Below are positions 16,754-29,936 of a stretch of DNA of 64,000 nucleotides, in pieces. This DNA is from the human T2T-CHM13v2.0 reference genome, Homo sapiens, in the NCBI GenBank assembly GCA_009914755.4, contig CP068257.2, forward strand, positions 34,240,001-34,304,000, given 5' to 3'. Position 1 is the stretch's first letter. Every line of letters starts with the position of its first letter. The notes under the pieces were generated by a model. It did not search any database. It was given only the letters and a program-made list of their open reading frames with translations, and was not told the DNA's origin. The translations under genes and the position numbers were made by a program.

Positions 16754-18219
16754 TCATGCCTTTGTTTGGTTTCGGTAATTACTTGTTCATTTAAAAAGAA
16801 AAAGAAATATATGAAAATGAACATTTCTCTCACATGTCTGCCTACATTTCAAATAAAGGTTTCATGTGGCATCTTGAAGGAACTGAAACCCTAGTAACGC
16901 AAGGAGAAAACCATCCTGCAGAAAAACTGGCACCCCCCCCAAAACAGCTATCATTCTGTTCTTTCCAGCACGAAAAGGGAAAGTGTATTTCTCTGTTTAC
17001 CTTTACATTTTCAACTTTAAAGCAATGTCAACAATAACCTGACATTGCATTTCAAGCAGAACAACAGCATTCTAAACTCCGGCATTATAGAAAAGTAAAA
17101 AATGGATATGCAGCTGGTTTCTCTTGCCCCGGCTCGTAAGATGGAGAAAATGTTTGAAAAGTAAATCCCATGAATTACAGGTGATGTTGTCGCACATTCA
17201 GCCTTCTCTTATCCCACCTGTCTTACTCCAGCGTCTCTACCTGAGCTACCTCCAAGCCAACATAGAGCCCTTTTCTTCTAAGTTTGCTAAACTTTCATCT
17301 TTACCTCTCTGACATTTTCTTGCCTTGCCAAAATTCCTAAAGCTTTCAGGGTGGTTAACAAACAGTAGGTGTCAGCCTAAGGGTTAAGAATTCATGCTCC
17401 CAGATGATAATCATCAGTAGATTGTTCTGGAAAATTAAATACACCTGAGCCAAGTTTCTTAAGGCTGTACTCTGGAGATGTTTCAATTTATTTTTTAAAA
17501 AAAGAAGAAACAGTTCAAGAATGTGAACTTTGTTTCTCACATATATTTTCCTAGGCTTCTTTTCTTTCCTTTTGTTTTTTTTTTTTTTTTTTTGGTATTT
17601 CACTATGTGCTTTGGCTTTTCCCCAGATTTTTACCTACCCTTGTCCTCTCTGACATATGAAAAATGTTCTTGCATTCTGCCACCTTAGCAAGGGCATCGA
17701 ATGACAAAAGAAACTGTTCATTCCAGAAGTCCTGATGGCACTATCGTTAGATTTAGACTCACCTATCTGCACAGACTTCCAGAGGCAAGGACAGACAGCA
17801 CGTGGCTCACTCGATAGGTGGGGCATTCATTCAGAGATGCTCACTTAGTGCCTACTATGCACCAAGCATTGTGCTTGCAGTGAGGCTCCAAGAAACTAAT
17901 GGGGATATTCTAGTTCTCCAGGAATTCCCCTCTGTTGTGAGTGATGGACTAGAATAGAAGTAGGCACAGGCTGTACCAGAAGAGCAGACACTTGCTATAG
18001 AAGGAAGGCCAGGAACACTGCTTGTGATGTGGCTACTGCTTCACTGGACAGTGAAGGTGCCTAACAGCCATTCCAGAGAGAAAGGCCAGCAGAGACAAAG
18101 GCACAGAAACATGAAAGGGCAGAGGGTGATGGAGACACAGGTGTTTCCAGGTGGCCAGACCAGATCACAGCAAGAGTGGCAAAAATGAAGCCTATAAATA
18201 TCTGTTGAAAATAGATTAT

Positions 18220-19150
18220 AATGGGAGAAAAATTTTGCAATCTATCCATCTGACAAAGGGCTAATATCCAGAATCTACAAGGAACTTAAACAAGTTTACA
18301 GGAAAAAAAAAACCCATCAAAAAGTGGGCAAAAGATACGAACAGACATTTCTCAAAAGAACACATTTATGCAGACAAAAAACATGAAAAAAAGCTCATCA
18401 CCACTGGTCATTACAGAAATGCAAATCAAAACCACAATGAGATGCCATCTCACACCAGTTAGAATGGTGATCATTAAAAAGTCTGGAAACAACAGATGTT
18501 GGAGAGGATGTGGAGAAATAGGAATGCTTTTACACTGTTGGTGGGAGTGTAAATTAGTTCAACCACTGTGGAAGACAGTGTGGTGATTCCTCAAGGATCT
18601 AGAACCAGAAATACTATTACTGGGTATATACCTAAAGGATTATAAATCATTCTACTATAAAGACACAGGCACACATGTTTATTGCAGCACTATTTACAAT
18701 AGCAAAGACTTGGAACCAACCCAAATGCCCATCAATGATAGACTGGATAAAGAAAATGTGGCACATAAACATGATGGAATATTATGCAGTCATAAAAAAA
18801 GAATGAGTTCATGTCCTTTGCAGGGACATGGATGAAGCTGGAAACCATCAACCTCAGCAAACTAACACCAGAATAGAAAACCAAACAACGCATGTTCTCA
18901 CTCATAAGTGGGAGTTGAACAATGAGAACATACGGACAAAGGGAGGGGAACATCTCACACCCGGCCTGTTAGTGGGTAGGAGGAAAGGGGAGGGAGAGCA
19001 TTAGGACAAATACCTAATGCATGCAAGACTTAAAACCTAGATGACAGGTTGATAGGTGCAGCAAACCACCGTGGCACATGTATACCTATGTAGCAAACAT
19101 GCACATTCAGCACATGTATCCCAGAACTTAAAGTAAAATAAAAAAAGAAA
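18220..19150 (+). mobile_element. L1 (L1PA-like) 3' fragment: ORF2 C-terminus, 3' UTR and A-tail
   Basis: aatctatccatctgacaaagggctaatatccagaatctacaaggaacttaaacaag ... catgtatcccagaacttaaagtaaaataaaaaaag. ORF 18368..18586 carries the ORF2 tail motif ...[46 protein letters not shown]. Confidence 0.9.
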
Positions 19151-20664
19151 ATATATTTTGAGAGTTTTGGAGTGTCATGCTAAGAAGGTTGGATTTATCC
19201 TGCATTAAGAGGGGAAAATACAAGGTGAGCTTTCCATCTAGCAAGAGGTTCAACCAGGAGCTCTACTAGAAAACATAATGCACTGTGTTTCCCCTGTGGC
19301 TGGAGAAGTGTGCATTGGGAGAGTAGAAAGGAGGGCGAAATACCTTCCAACTGATGGCAATTTGGGGAGGACTTCACAAAGAAGGTGGCCTCTGAGCAAC
19401 ACCTTGAAGGATGAGCAGAACTGAGCCCATGAGAGATGGTGGTGAGGAAGGGTGCCCAGCTGAGAGCAGAGGCACAGGTTGGTGAGTGGGCATGTCTTAC
19501 TCAGGAAGGAGCCTGGGGTCTTCTAGGGTTGGCCTATGGCTGTTGGAGGTTTGGAGCAGGAGAAAAGCTGGAAAGTTACTCTGAGATCCCATTGCGGAGG
19601 CCTTTGAATGCCTTGTTAAGGATGTTGTCCTGAAGGCAACAGGAGATCTACAGGATTAGGATTTAGAAGTTAACTCTGGCAACATGGATTGGATAAGGAG
19701 TGAGACCAGGCAAGGACACTAGTCCAGAGGCCACTGCAAAAAAAATAGGCAAGAGATGAGAAGAGCCTTGTGGCTGAGTCTGGGTGTGCTGGTGGCTCAT
19801 GCTGCCCAGCCTCCCTTGAAGCTGGGTGTGGCCCTGTGGAAGATGAGCAGGAGGGGCATGCCCGACTACCAGACCTACCCATCAATGCTCCCAGAGGGCC
19901 TCTTCATTACCTTTTTCCTTCCAGCTGGCAGGCATAAAGCTGACCTCAGGGTGGCCCTGGAAGCCCAATAAACACGGCTGAGCCTTCAGCAGCCTGAATC
20001 CCTGAATGACTGCATGGACAGGGCCACACTGGTGACCAGCTGACTCACCCAGTACTGTTACGTGACCAAAAACTAACCTTCTATTGGTTCTGTGACATTT
20101 TTTACTTTGAGATCTATTTATTGTACCAGCAATGCATACCCTACCTAACACTGATGGTTAGATGGTACAGTGGAGATGGAAAGAGACCGTCAAAAGACAT
20201 TGTACAGGTTAGTCCTCAAGACTTGGCTACCCATTTCAAGTGGAAGGTAAGAGTGAAGAGTGAAAGATGGCGCCAACATTTGCAGCCTGGATGAAGGGGC
20301 AGGTGGTGAGGCCATTAATCTGAAAGAGTGACCATGGGAGGAGAAGGCTTAGAGGAAGGCAATGAGATTCACCGGGGACCTGCAGAAGTTGGGGTATCTG
20401 TGGGGAGACCGGGGTGGGACTGTGCAGTGGGCAGTTAGGACTACAGGCATGGAGCCTAATCATAGAGGCCAGTAAAGCTGCCCAATCGCCTCCAGAACAG
20501 CCCAGGCTGCCCAGGAGGCCTCCCTTTGTACTTTCCTCACACTACAAAAAAAAAATGTAGCAAATGTCAAAGACACACAGATTGTATTAATTAATTATTT
20601 AAAATATCATTGACAACAATAGGTGAACTCTGAATGGGTTACAGGTGATAAATTATTCTGGGTT

Positions 20665-20830
20665 TTAAAAATCCCCACTCTGTGCCTCACTAGCATAGCA
20701 GGAAACTTAGTCTCTCAGGGCTTCTGTTTTCCTCCTGTGTAAAATGGATGCCTCTGTCCTTGCTGTGTGGCTGGGAGGAATAAATGGGGTGATGTAGTCA
20801 CCAGCCCATTACACAGGGCTCAGATAATCA
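20665..20830 (+). mobile_element. MIR-like fragment
   Basis: ctctcagggcttctgttttcctcctgtgtaaaatggatgcctctgtccttgctgtgtggctgggagg resembles the MIR core. Confidence 0.35.
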
Positions 20831-22074
20831 CCAGTATGTGTGATTACCATAAGCCATTCTTCTAATATTGGTAACAACAGCTGACACTGATTGAATTATT
20901 CTTAGTGTTCTACCTGATCTACCCATTTAATCTTGATAACTCCTCGAGGTAAGTACCTCCATTTTCCCCACTCTATAGATGAGGAAATAGACCAGAGAGG
21001 TTAGGTAGCTTGCTCCAGGTGATACAGCTAACAGTAAAGCTGGGCTATGGCCCCATCAGGTAGAGTCTGGCTCACGGACTCTTTCCTGCCACATGACATA
21101 TCCATGGCAGGAGACACAGTCCTCTCGGGAGCACGGATGCATCTCCAATGACTGAAAGCACTTGCTCATCATTTTTGTGGAGCATTCAGCAGCAGAGCTG
21201 GCAGTTCTCAGGAGGTTCTAAGTGGTTATGAGAACCTCGACTCATTCTTGAAGAGCAGTTTTATAATAACAGGAAAAAGTCAATAATTCCAGATAAATAA
21301 ATGCCGGTTGGGCAAAATAACCCTGAGGCTTATACAATGCTCTTAATTTTTCAAAGCATGTCCACAGGCTGCATCCCATTTCCAAAGGGCATTGGATACA
21401 AGCCCTTCAAAGGTCCAGGGAGGGAACTACGGTACCCTGGCAGAGAATATGGAAGCTGTCATGCTGCGAAGACAGCTTCACTGCACCTGGCCCTCCTCTT
21501 TCTCATGCTGAACCTTCATGAACCAGGAAGACGAGTACGATGGGAGAGAGGACAGAGATGGGTCATTGCAGCTGCTCTGGCCCTCACATCAATTGCAGGA
21601 CCCATCCCATTTGGAAATAGCACTGCTGGGAAGAACCCTCTCGAGAGGCTGCTGCCACTGTCATTGCCACTGGTCTCTCTCTTTTAGGCGGTCCTATTAC
21701 TTGTTTCAGTCTGGGGACAAAGGCAGACTGGGGTGCAGGCTCTGCTACAATGTACTGAATGTTAAAGTACCAAAAGGCTAAAACCAGAGCACCAGGATGA
21801 TGCTTGGGAATACTCCAGGGCTTGGGATGGCTCAGCCCCCAGTGCTCTGACTGATGGAGTATAAATTCCCAAACAGGAGACACTGGATGCTGTGCTGCCT
21901 CCATGTTACCAATAGGATGCCCAGGCAGTTTCAAAACTGAAGAGTGTGGAGCCCTTCTGTAGGGTAGGGGGTCTCTGACCCTGTCTGCGGGGCCCTCTCC
22001 AGGACTCAAGCTGCCATGGCCATCGTGGCCAGTCCTCAGCCACCTCCCCAGCTCTCACCACTGGCATGCAAGGG

Positions 22075-22521
22075 GAGCTGTGAGTGCTGAGGCCTTTTCT
22101 CCATGCACAGATGGCCTCAGGCCCCTCTCAGGATTCTGCAGAGCTGGTAGACGTCCCTCTCCCAGCCAGGATCCTGATTGCCAGGCTTCAGCACCCATGA
22201 AACCCCACATCTTCTTCACACAGACTGAGAATTGCATTCACAGTGGGTTTACCCGTTCACAGGTCTAACAGAGCACTTCCACCACAGGCATTTTTAATGA
22301 GCTGTGAGTGCTGAGGCCTTTTCTCCATGCACAGATGGCCTCAGACCCTTCTCAGGATTCTGCAGAGCTGGCAGACGTCCCTCTCCCAGCCAGGATCCTG
22401 ATTGCCAGGCTTCAGCACCCATGAAACCCTATCATCTTCTTCACACAGACTGAGAATTCCATTCACAGTGGGTTTACCCATTCACAGGTCTAACAGAGCA
22501 CTTCCACCACAGGCATTTTTA
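22075..22521. repeat. Tandem duplication: two copies of a 224-bp unit at about 97% identity
   Basis: Unit 22075-22298 (gagctgtgagtgctgaggccttttctccatgcacagatggcctcag...cacaggcatttttaat) is repeated at 22299-22521 with a handful of substitutions. It is not a known interspersed repeat by eye. Confidence 0.9.
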
Positions 22522-23434
22522 AAAGCTGCCCAGGGCGTCTAAGAGGCAACATCTTAACCGATAAGACCCACCGATTCAAGCTCTTCCATTTGCTGATGAG
22601 GAAGCCAGGCCCAGGATGTGAAGAGATTTCCCTAAAGTCACATAGCTATGAAGGAAACCTGGTCACCCTCCAGCATGACACAGATGCTGAAACAACTTTA
22701 ATATTTTCTCTAGGTCTAGAGAAGGGACATCACCTCTTTCAGGGGAAGGGGTAAATTGTCTTTATTTACTTACACATAATAATTCAACATTTTAATGCTG
22801 AACATTCTACGGGCTCTATAAGCTACTAGAATAAATGAGTTACCAAGATTACAGGATAAAAAAGTAATATATAAAAAAGTACTGTATTTCTAAATACTAG
22901 CAACAAACATCAAAAATAGACATTTAAAAAACAAAACCACTTACAACAGCATTAAATTTTTTGATACTTAGGGATAAATCTGACAAAAAGAACGTTCATC
23001 TATACACTAAAAACTATAAAACATTGCTGACAGAAATTTAAAAATCTTTTAAAAATGGGGAGAAACACCATGTCTATGAGTTGAAAGACTCAGGATTGTT
23101 AAAATGTCAAATTAATCTATAGATTCAATGCAATCTCAAACAAAATGCCAGCAATATATTTGTAGATATTTACAAGCTAATTCTAAAATCAGTATGGAAA
23201 GCAAAGGGCCTATTATAGCCAGAACAATTTTGAAAAAGAAATAAGCTGAAGAATTACACCTGATTTAATTGTGTTTGGGGCTTATGGCTTTTTAAATTTT
23301 TTAATTAACAGATAATCAATGTATATATTCATGAAGTACAATGTGATGTTTAATATATGTATACATTGTGGAATGATTAAATCAACCTAATTAATATATC
23401 CATCACTTCACCTATTTATCATTTCTTGTGATGA

Positions 23435-23809
<375 letters not shown>

Positions 23810-25224
23810 TAATAATGGAAATTGTACATCCTTTGACCAACATCTTTCCTTCCCCCCTCTTCTCCACCAGACTCTGTCTCTGCTTTTTCTACCTGCTTCA
23901 ATGTGAATATCTTTCTCAGTTGTTCAGTATGCAGGAGTCTTTCACCTAGTTTCTGCTTTCTCTCAGGGAGTATTGATCCATATGTAGGTGTTCATTAGGT
24001 GCATCTGTCAGAAAAGGGATAGTCAGGACCCTCCTATTCCACCATGTTGCTGATGTAACATCACCTCTTGATTTGAATCCTCCCTAGTGAACAATCACCT
24101 AGCTCTCATTGGTAACAGCAACTTCTCCCCTTAGCAAAGCAGACTTCATAGCAGGGAGCACTGAGGCTCAAAGAAGCAGCAGCATTTGCTGATAAACAGG
24201 TGCTGGAGAATATTCAGAGCAGCAAGAGCAGAGGTGTGGATGTGGGACCTCCTGAGACCCATAACATGGACCCAGAGTAAATCGTTCAATGGGATGGAGC
24301 ATAAGGTGGTGAAACAGAAAGGTGAGAGGCAGATTTAAATGATGTATATCCTTGTCACTGTTCTTCAAAACTAACTTCCAATTAATATGCTGTATGGTAA
24401 ACATATCTGAGAGCAATAACGTAGACTCCCTGAGACTGACCCTGTATGGCAGACACATCTAAATGTGTGCTCTGAGCTAGGAAATCTGACAGCGCCAAAC
24501 ACATAGATTTGTTCCTTTTCTATGAGGAACATCTGAGCTCCGAGCCTGGCCCATGGAACACAGGCCATACTGGGAATCAAGGCCCTTTGTTTTGGGGTAA
24601 GTGAAAGTTGCCAGTTGAAGACTGTCGGAGGGTGCTAAAAGAAAATGTGATGTAAGCTGCATGCCTTTTGCAAGCAGTTGCAGTTATAATGCTCAGCCTG
24701 CCCCCACTAGGCCATGCAGTTCTCCTGTCTAGCCTGCTACCACTGGACTCTCTCCCCTGCACGTAAGTCCCCAGTAAAACCCATGTCTCATTTGCTGGCT
24801 CTGGGTCTCTTCTTCAGCCTCTTGCATCTAGTACCACACCCACTGGAGTCGATACGGATTCGACACAACACATGCATACAGAGATTTAAGTCCCACCATG
24901 TATAATTCTATCTTATAGCAGTTTCAAGAAGTCTGTACCCCAGGAGCATTGAAGGGGGATCAAATCTTACTAATCGTAGGAAATAGCTTCATCTAAAGAA
25001 GAATTTCCCAATTGTTGGAGCTTTTCTTAAAAGGCATGGGCTGCTGACAAAGTAATGTGCTCCCTGTTGCTCAATGCATTCAAGCAACTGGATGCATTCA
25101 AGATGGGCTGGATGACCATCTGCCTGGAAGGTCAAAGAGATTTTTACCTTAGTAGGAAGTTGGTGGGAGGACTTTTAAGGAGGCTTCCAATCATGACAGA
25201 TTGTGATCTTTTGGGTAAAGAACT

Positions 25225-25435
25225 AAGACTTCACCTGGGTTTGAACCCCATCTCTGCCCCTTACCAGCTGGGTGACCTGGGCAAAGCATTTAACCTCGCT
25301 GTCCCAGCTTCTTCCATAGTGAAATGGGGACATGTATCAGTGTCTACCTCATAGGGTGATTGTGAGGATGAAACGAGTTGTTCCATATCAAGGGTCATGG
25401 ACATTATCAATGTTGAATAAATGTTGGTCACTGTT
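25225..25435 (+). mobile_element. MIR SINE
   Basis: cacctgggtttgaaccccatctctgccccttaccagctgggtgacctgggcaaagcatttaacctcgctgtcccagcttcttccatagtgaaatggggacatgtatcagtgtctacctcatagggtgattgtgaggatgaaacgagttg ... aataaatgttggtcactgtt: a near-textbook MIR consensus. Confidence 0.85.
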
Positions 25436-26518
25436 CTTATGATGGCGTTGTTATTATGGATTGTGACTCCCCATCTTTCATTTAAGGAGATGCCACTTAA
25501 ATGGGCTCCACAACACAACATTCCTGCAAGCACAGACCAGGCACAAGATACCTGGTATCCTTCTGACAGCTCTTTTTTTTCCTGTATCAAAATGAAGCAT
25601 AAGATGAATGGGAAAAAGATGAGACACAGACTTTAAAAATCAATATCCTTATAACTATTCTTCAAATATAATCACCAATTATATTAATTATATTAATACT
25701 TATACAGAAGTGTAAGTCTCATCTATCTTATTAGATAGAATTCCAATGTGAATCCACCTTCAACCCTTTGAACAGCACTTCTGGTGAGGGAGGGTGGAAA
25801 TTCACACAGGGGACCCTTCCTGCGTTTCCACCCTGGCTCCCAGATGCCGCATTTTTCAGAGAAGTTTGCCTTGAACTTCCATGCACCTCCTCCTACCCCC
25901 TGCAAATTTACACACAGAGCACCTTTGTGAGCCGAAGACTGGGCACGGACAGAGCACAGAGAGGGCTTGTCAAAGTAAACGAGTTGATTCATGTGTAAAA
26001 ATCCCCCGACTGCGTTTACAGATTAAATTGGAAAAACTTTCAGCTGCTTTTGGTTGAAAATTCCACTCAAATATTTCATTGGATGCCTGTGCCTTCGGCA
26101 CATGGAGTTCCAGTGCTTGCACAATAGTCTGCACGTGCAAACACAAAGCTCGGTGGTCTGTGAGTGGCATGTGGCTTCAAAAGGTCTGTGTCATCTGATG
26201 GCCAATGGTTTCCTGCATATTTGCTGTATAAGCACATCCCTGTCCACGGATGTGCTGAATTAATGATAAGCCCACAAAGTTTAACAAGGTTCAGGTGGAG
26301 GGCTCTCGAATTTTTGAACTTCACAGCACTAGATGCTTGAATGAATCTAGCAACAGTAAATTCATTACTTTGTTGGCAGCTTGTGCCTCTTAATAAAGAG
26401 CTCCACTGATTAGGAAGAGACAGCTGTAGATCTGCATTGTTCCATGTAACAGCCACCAACCACTGTGGCCTTTGAACATTTAAAATGTGGCTAATCCAAA
26501 CCAAGATGTGCTGTACAG

Positions 26519-28860
26519 GACCTGAACTCAGCTCTGGGTCAAGCAGACCCGACAGGTATGTACAGAACTCTCCACCCAAAACAACAGAATATACATTCTT
26601 CTCATTGCCACATGGCACTTACTCTAAAATTGATCACATAATCAGAAGTAAAACACTCCTCAGCAAATGCAAACAGAACTAAAATCATAATAGTCTCTCA
26701 GATCACAGTGCAATCAAATTAGAACTCAAGATGAAGAAATTCACTCAAAACCACATAACTACATGGAAACTGAACAACCTGCTCCTGAATGACTCCTGGG
26801 TAAATAATCAAAGTAAGGCAGAAATCAAGAAGTTCTTGAAAACCAGCACAAGACAAGTTCTGGCCAGGGCAATCAGGCAAAAGAAAGAAATAAGAAGTAT
26901 TAAAATAGAAAAAGAAGTCAAATTATCTTTGTTTGCAGATGACATGATCTTATATCTAGAAAACCCCATTACCTCAGCCCAAAAGCTTCTTAAGCTGATA
27001 AGCAACCTCAGCAAAGTTTCAGGATACAAAATCAATATGCAAAAATCACTAGCATTCTTATACATCAACAACAGGCAAACAGAGAGCCAAATCAGGAATG
27101 AACTCCTATTCACAATTGCTACAAATAGAATAAAATACCTAAGAATACAGCTAACAAGGGAAGTGAACCACCTCTTCAAAGACAACTACAAACCACTGCT
27201 CAAGGAAATCAGAGAGGACACAAACAAATGGAAAAACATTCCATGCTCATGGATAGGAAGAATCAAGATTGTGAAAATGGCCATACTGCCCAAAGTAATT
27301 CAATGCTAGTCCCATTAAACTACCACTGACATTCTCTGCAGAATTAGAAGAAACTATTTTAAAATTCAGATGAAACCAAAAAAGAGCCTGAATAGCCAAG
27401 ACAATTCTAAGCAAAAACAACAAAGCTGAAGGCATCATGCTACCCAACTTCAAATTATACTACAGTAACCAAAACAGTATAGTACTGGTAGAAACACAGA
27501 CACATAGACCAATGGAACAGAACTGAGAACTCAGAAATAAGATTGCACACCTACAACCATCTGCCCTTCAACAAACCTGACAGAAACAAGCAATGGGGAA
27601 AGGATTCCGTTTAATAAACGGTGCTGGGAGAACTGGCTAGCCATATGCAGAAAGTTGAAACTGGACTCCTTCTTTACACCACATACAAAAATTAACTCAA
27701 GATAGATTAAAGACTTCAATGTAAAACGCCAAACTATGGAAAAACCCTAGAAGAAAATCTAGTCAATACCATTCAGGACATAGGCATGGGCAAAAATTTC
27801 ATGATGAAAATGCCAAAAACAATTGCACCAAAGCAAAAATTGTCAAATGGGATCTAATTAAACTAAAGAGCTTCTGCACAGCAAAACAAACTATCATCAG
27901 TGTAAACAGAAAACCTACAGAATGGGAGAACCATTTTGCAATCCATCCCTCTGACAAAAGTCTAATATCCATGGTCTACAAGGAACTTAAACAAATTTAC
28001 AAGAAAAAAATACTAAAAAGTGGGCAAAGGACATGAACAGACACTTCTCCGGAGAAGACATACATGTGGCCAAAAAGTGTATGAAAAAAGGCTCAACATC
28101 ACTGATCAACAGAGAAATGCAAATCAAAACCACAATGAGATACCATCTCATACCAGTCAGAATGGTGATTATTAAAAAGTCTAAAAACAACAGATGCTGG
28201 TGAGGTTGTGGAGAAATAGGAATGCTTTCACACTATTGGTGCGAATGCAAATTAGTTCAACCATTGTGGAAGACAGTGTGGCGATTCCTCAAAGATCTGG
28301 AGGCAGAAATACCATTGGACCCAGCAGTCTCATTACTGAGTATATACCCAAAGGAATAGAAATCATTCTATTTTAAAAATACACACAAATATATGTTCAC
28401 TGTGGCACTATTCACAATAGCAAGACATGGAACCAACCCAAATGCCCATCAATGATAAACTGGATATAGAAAATGTGGTACATATACACCATGTATATAA
28501 TAATGATAAACTGGATAAAGTAATGATAAACTGGATAAAGTAATGATAAACTGGATAAAGAAAATGTGGTACATATACACCATGGAATATACTATGCAGT
28601 ATATATATACTATGCGGTATATATATATATCATAAAAAGGATCATGCCCTTTGAAGGGACATGGATGGAGCTGGAAGCCATAATTCTAAGTGAAGTAATG
28701 CAGGAACAGAAAACAAAACACTGTAAGTTCCCACTTATTATTGTGAGCTGAATGATGAGAACCCATAAACACATGGTGGGGAACAACACACACTGGAGCC
28801 TGTTGGGGGTAGGGGGAGGGAGAACATCAGGAAGAATGGCTCAGAATAAACAAATAAATA
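26519..28860 (+). mobile_element. L1 (5'-truncated, with ~1.2 kb internal ORF2 deletion), + orientation, inserted into an older repeat with a 12-15 bp TSD
   Basis: Starts in ORF2 at gacctgaactcagctctgggtcaagcagacccgacaggtatgtacagaactctccacccaaaacaacagaatatacattcttctc. It jumps from ...gaaatcaagaagttcttgaaaaccag straight to gttctggccagggcaatcaggcaaaagaaagaaataag (RT palm region), so ORF 26731..27309 is a fusion of non-adjacent ORF2 parts. Internal 21-bp x3 tandem (taatgataaactggataaag) at ~28496-28558. Tail aataaacaaataaataaatt. Flanked by agatgtg(c/t)tgta direct repeats. Confidence 0.85.
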
Positions 28861-29936
28861 AATTAGATGTGTTGTAAAATACACACCAAATTTCAAAGAC
28901 TTAGTACCCCAAAAAAGTCAACTAACTCATTAATAACTTTTTATAGTGATTATATGTTAAAATTTGGCTACAACGGATTAAAACATATTACTAAACTTTT
29001 TTTTTACCTTTATCATAGGGCTACTAGAAAAATTTAAATTACCCATATAGCTCACATTATATTTTAATTATATAATCTTAACCCAGAGTATTCATGAAAA
29101 CGAGAATCTCATAGAGGTAGCACAGGAATCTGCATGGTTAACAAGCATCCAAGTGATTAAGGTCACTGCTATTTGAAAACCCCTGACTCAGCAGTGACCT
29201 GAAGCACGAGTCAGGACACTTGGATTCTAAACATCATTCAGTTCTTTTTCTTACCTGGGACTCCATCTCCTCATCAATAGCATGAAGGGCTTGGATTAGA
29301 CCTGGAAAGTTGTCTGATTTAAGGCTTCCGATTCCATTATCCACTGATTGTCCATCAACCCATAAACCTAGGCCAGCAGATGTCCCCAGAGACTGAATGT
29401 ACCCAGATGGATACCAGATTCAGGCAGGTGTGACCTTAGGGAGGCTTTCCTGGTTTTTCACATCCTCCGGAGGACTCTGAAAGAATGGTCACCTGGGGGC
29501 TTCCCAGAGGAGTACAGCTAACTCCAGGGGAACCACATGGAACGTTGTCTGCATCAACATCCTTATCGCGACCAACTGCCCAAGGACTGCCATGTACAGC
29601 ACAGCCTCTCGATATGTCCCAGAGCAGACTCACACTCTTAGGCTGCCCTAAAAATGGCCAAGATTCCATGGATCAAACAGCAGAAGAATGCAGCCCGTCC
29701 CAAGGAAGGTTACTCGACTCAAGCTACCAACCTATTCAGCCAGAAGAATTCCTTTTCAGAAGCAGATTGGGAAACCAATTTTTTTTCCCCTATGGAACCA
29801 TCAATTTCACCTTTCCAAGATGACTCTGACGAAAGTTGCTAACCCACTCTTCAGAACCTTTGAAATTCATCTTTCTAATTGAAGGGAGGTTTTCCAGTGG
29901 GGAAAAAATGGCTCATTCGAAATAAGAATAAATGTG

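Noticed and set aside
26076-26618. 180-aa ORF on the minus strand
   Set aside because: It has no recognisable domain, is surrounded by degenerate repeat sequence, and shows no splice or promoter context. Random ORFs of this size are expected in 64 kb.
26731-27309. Longest clean ORF in the window (192 aa, + strand) as a possible novel gene
   Set aside because: It is L1 ORF2 sequence (..[12 protein letters not shown].., ..[13 protein letters not shown].., ..[56 protein letters not shown]) fused across an internal L1 deletion. It is a retroelement remnant, not a host gene.
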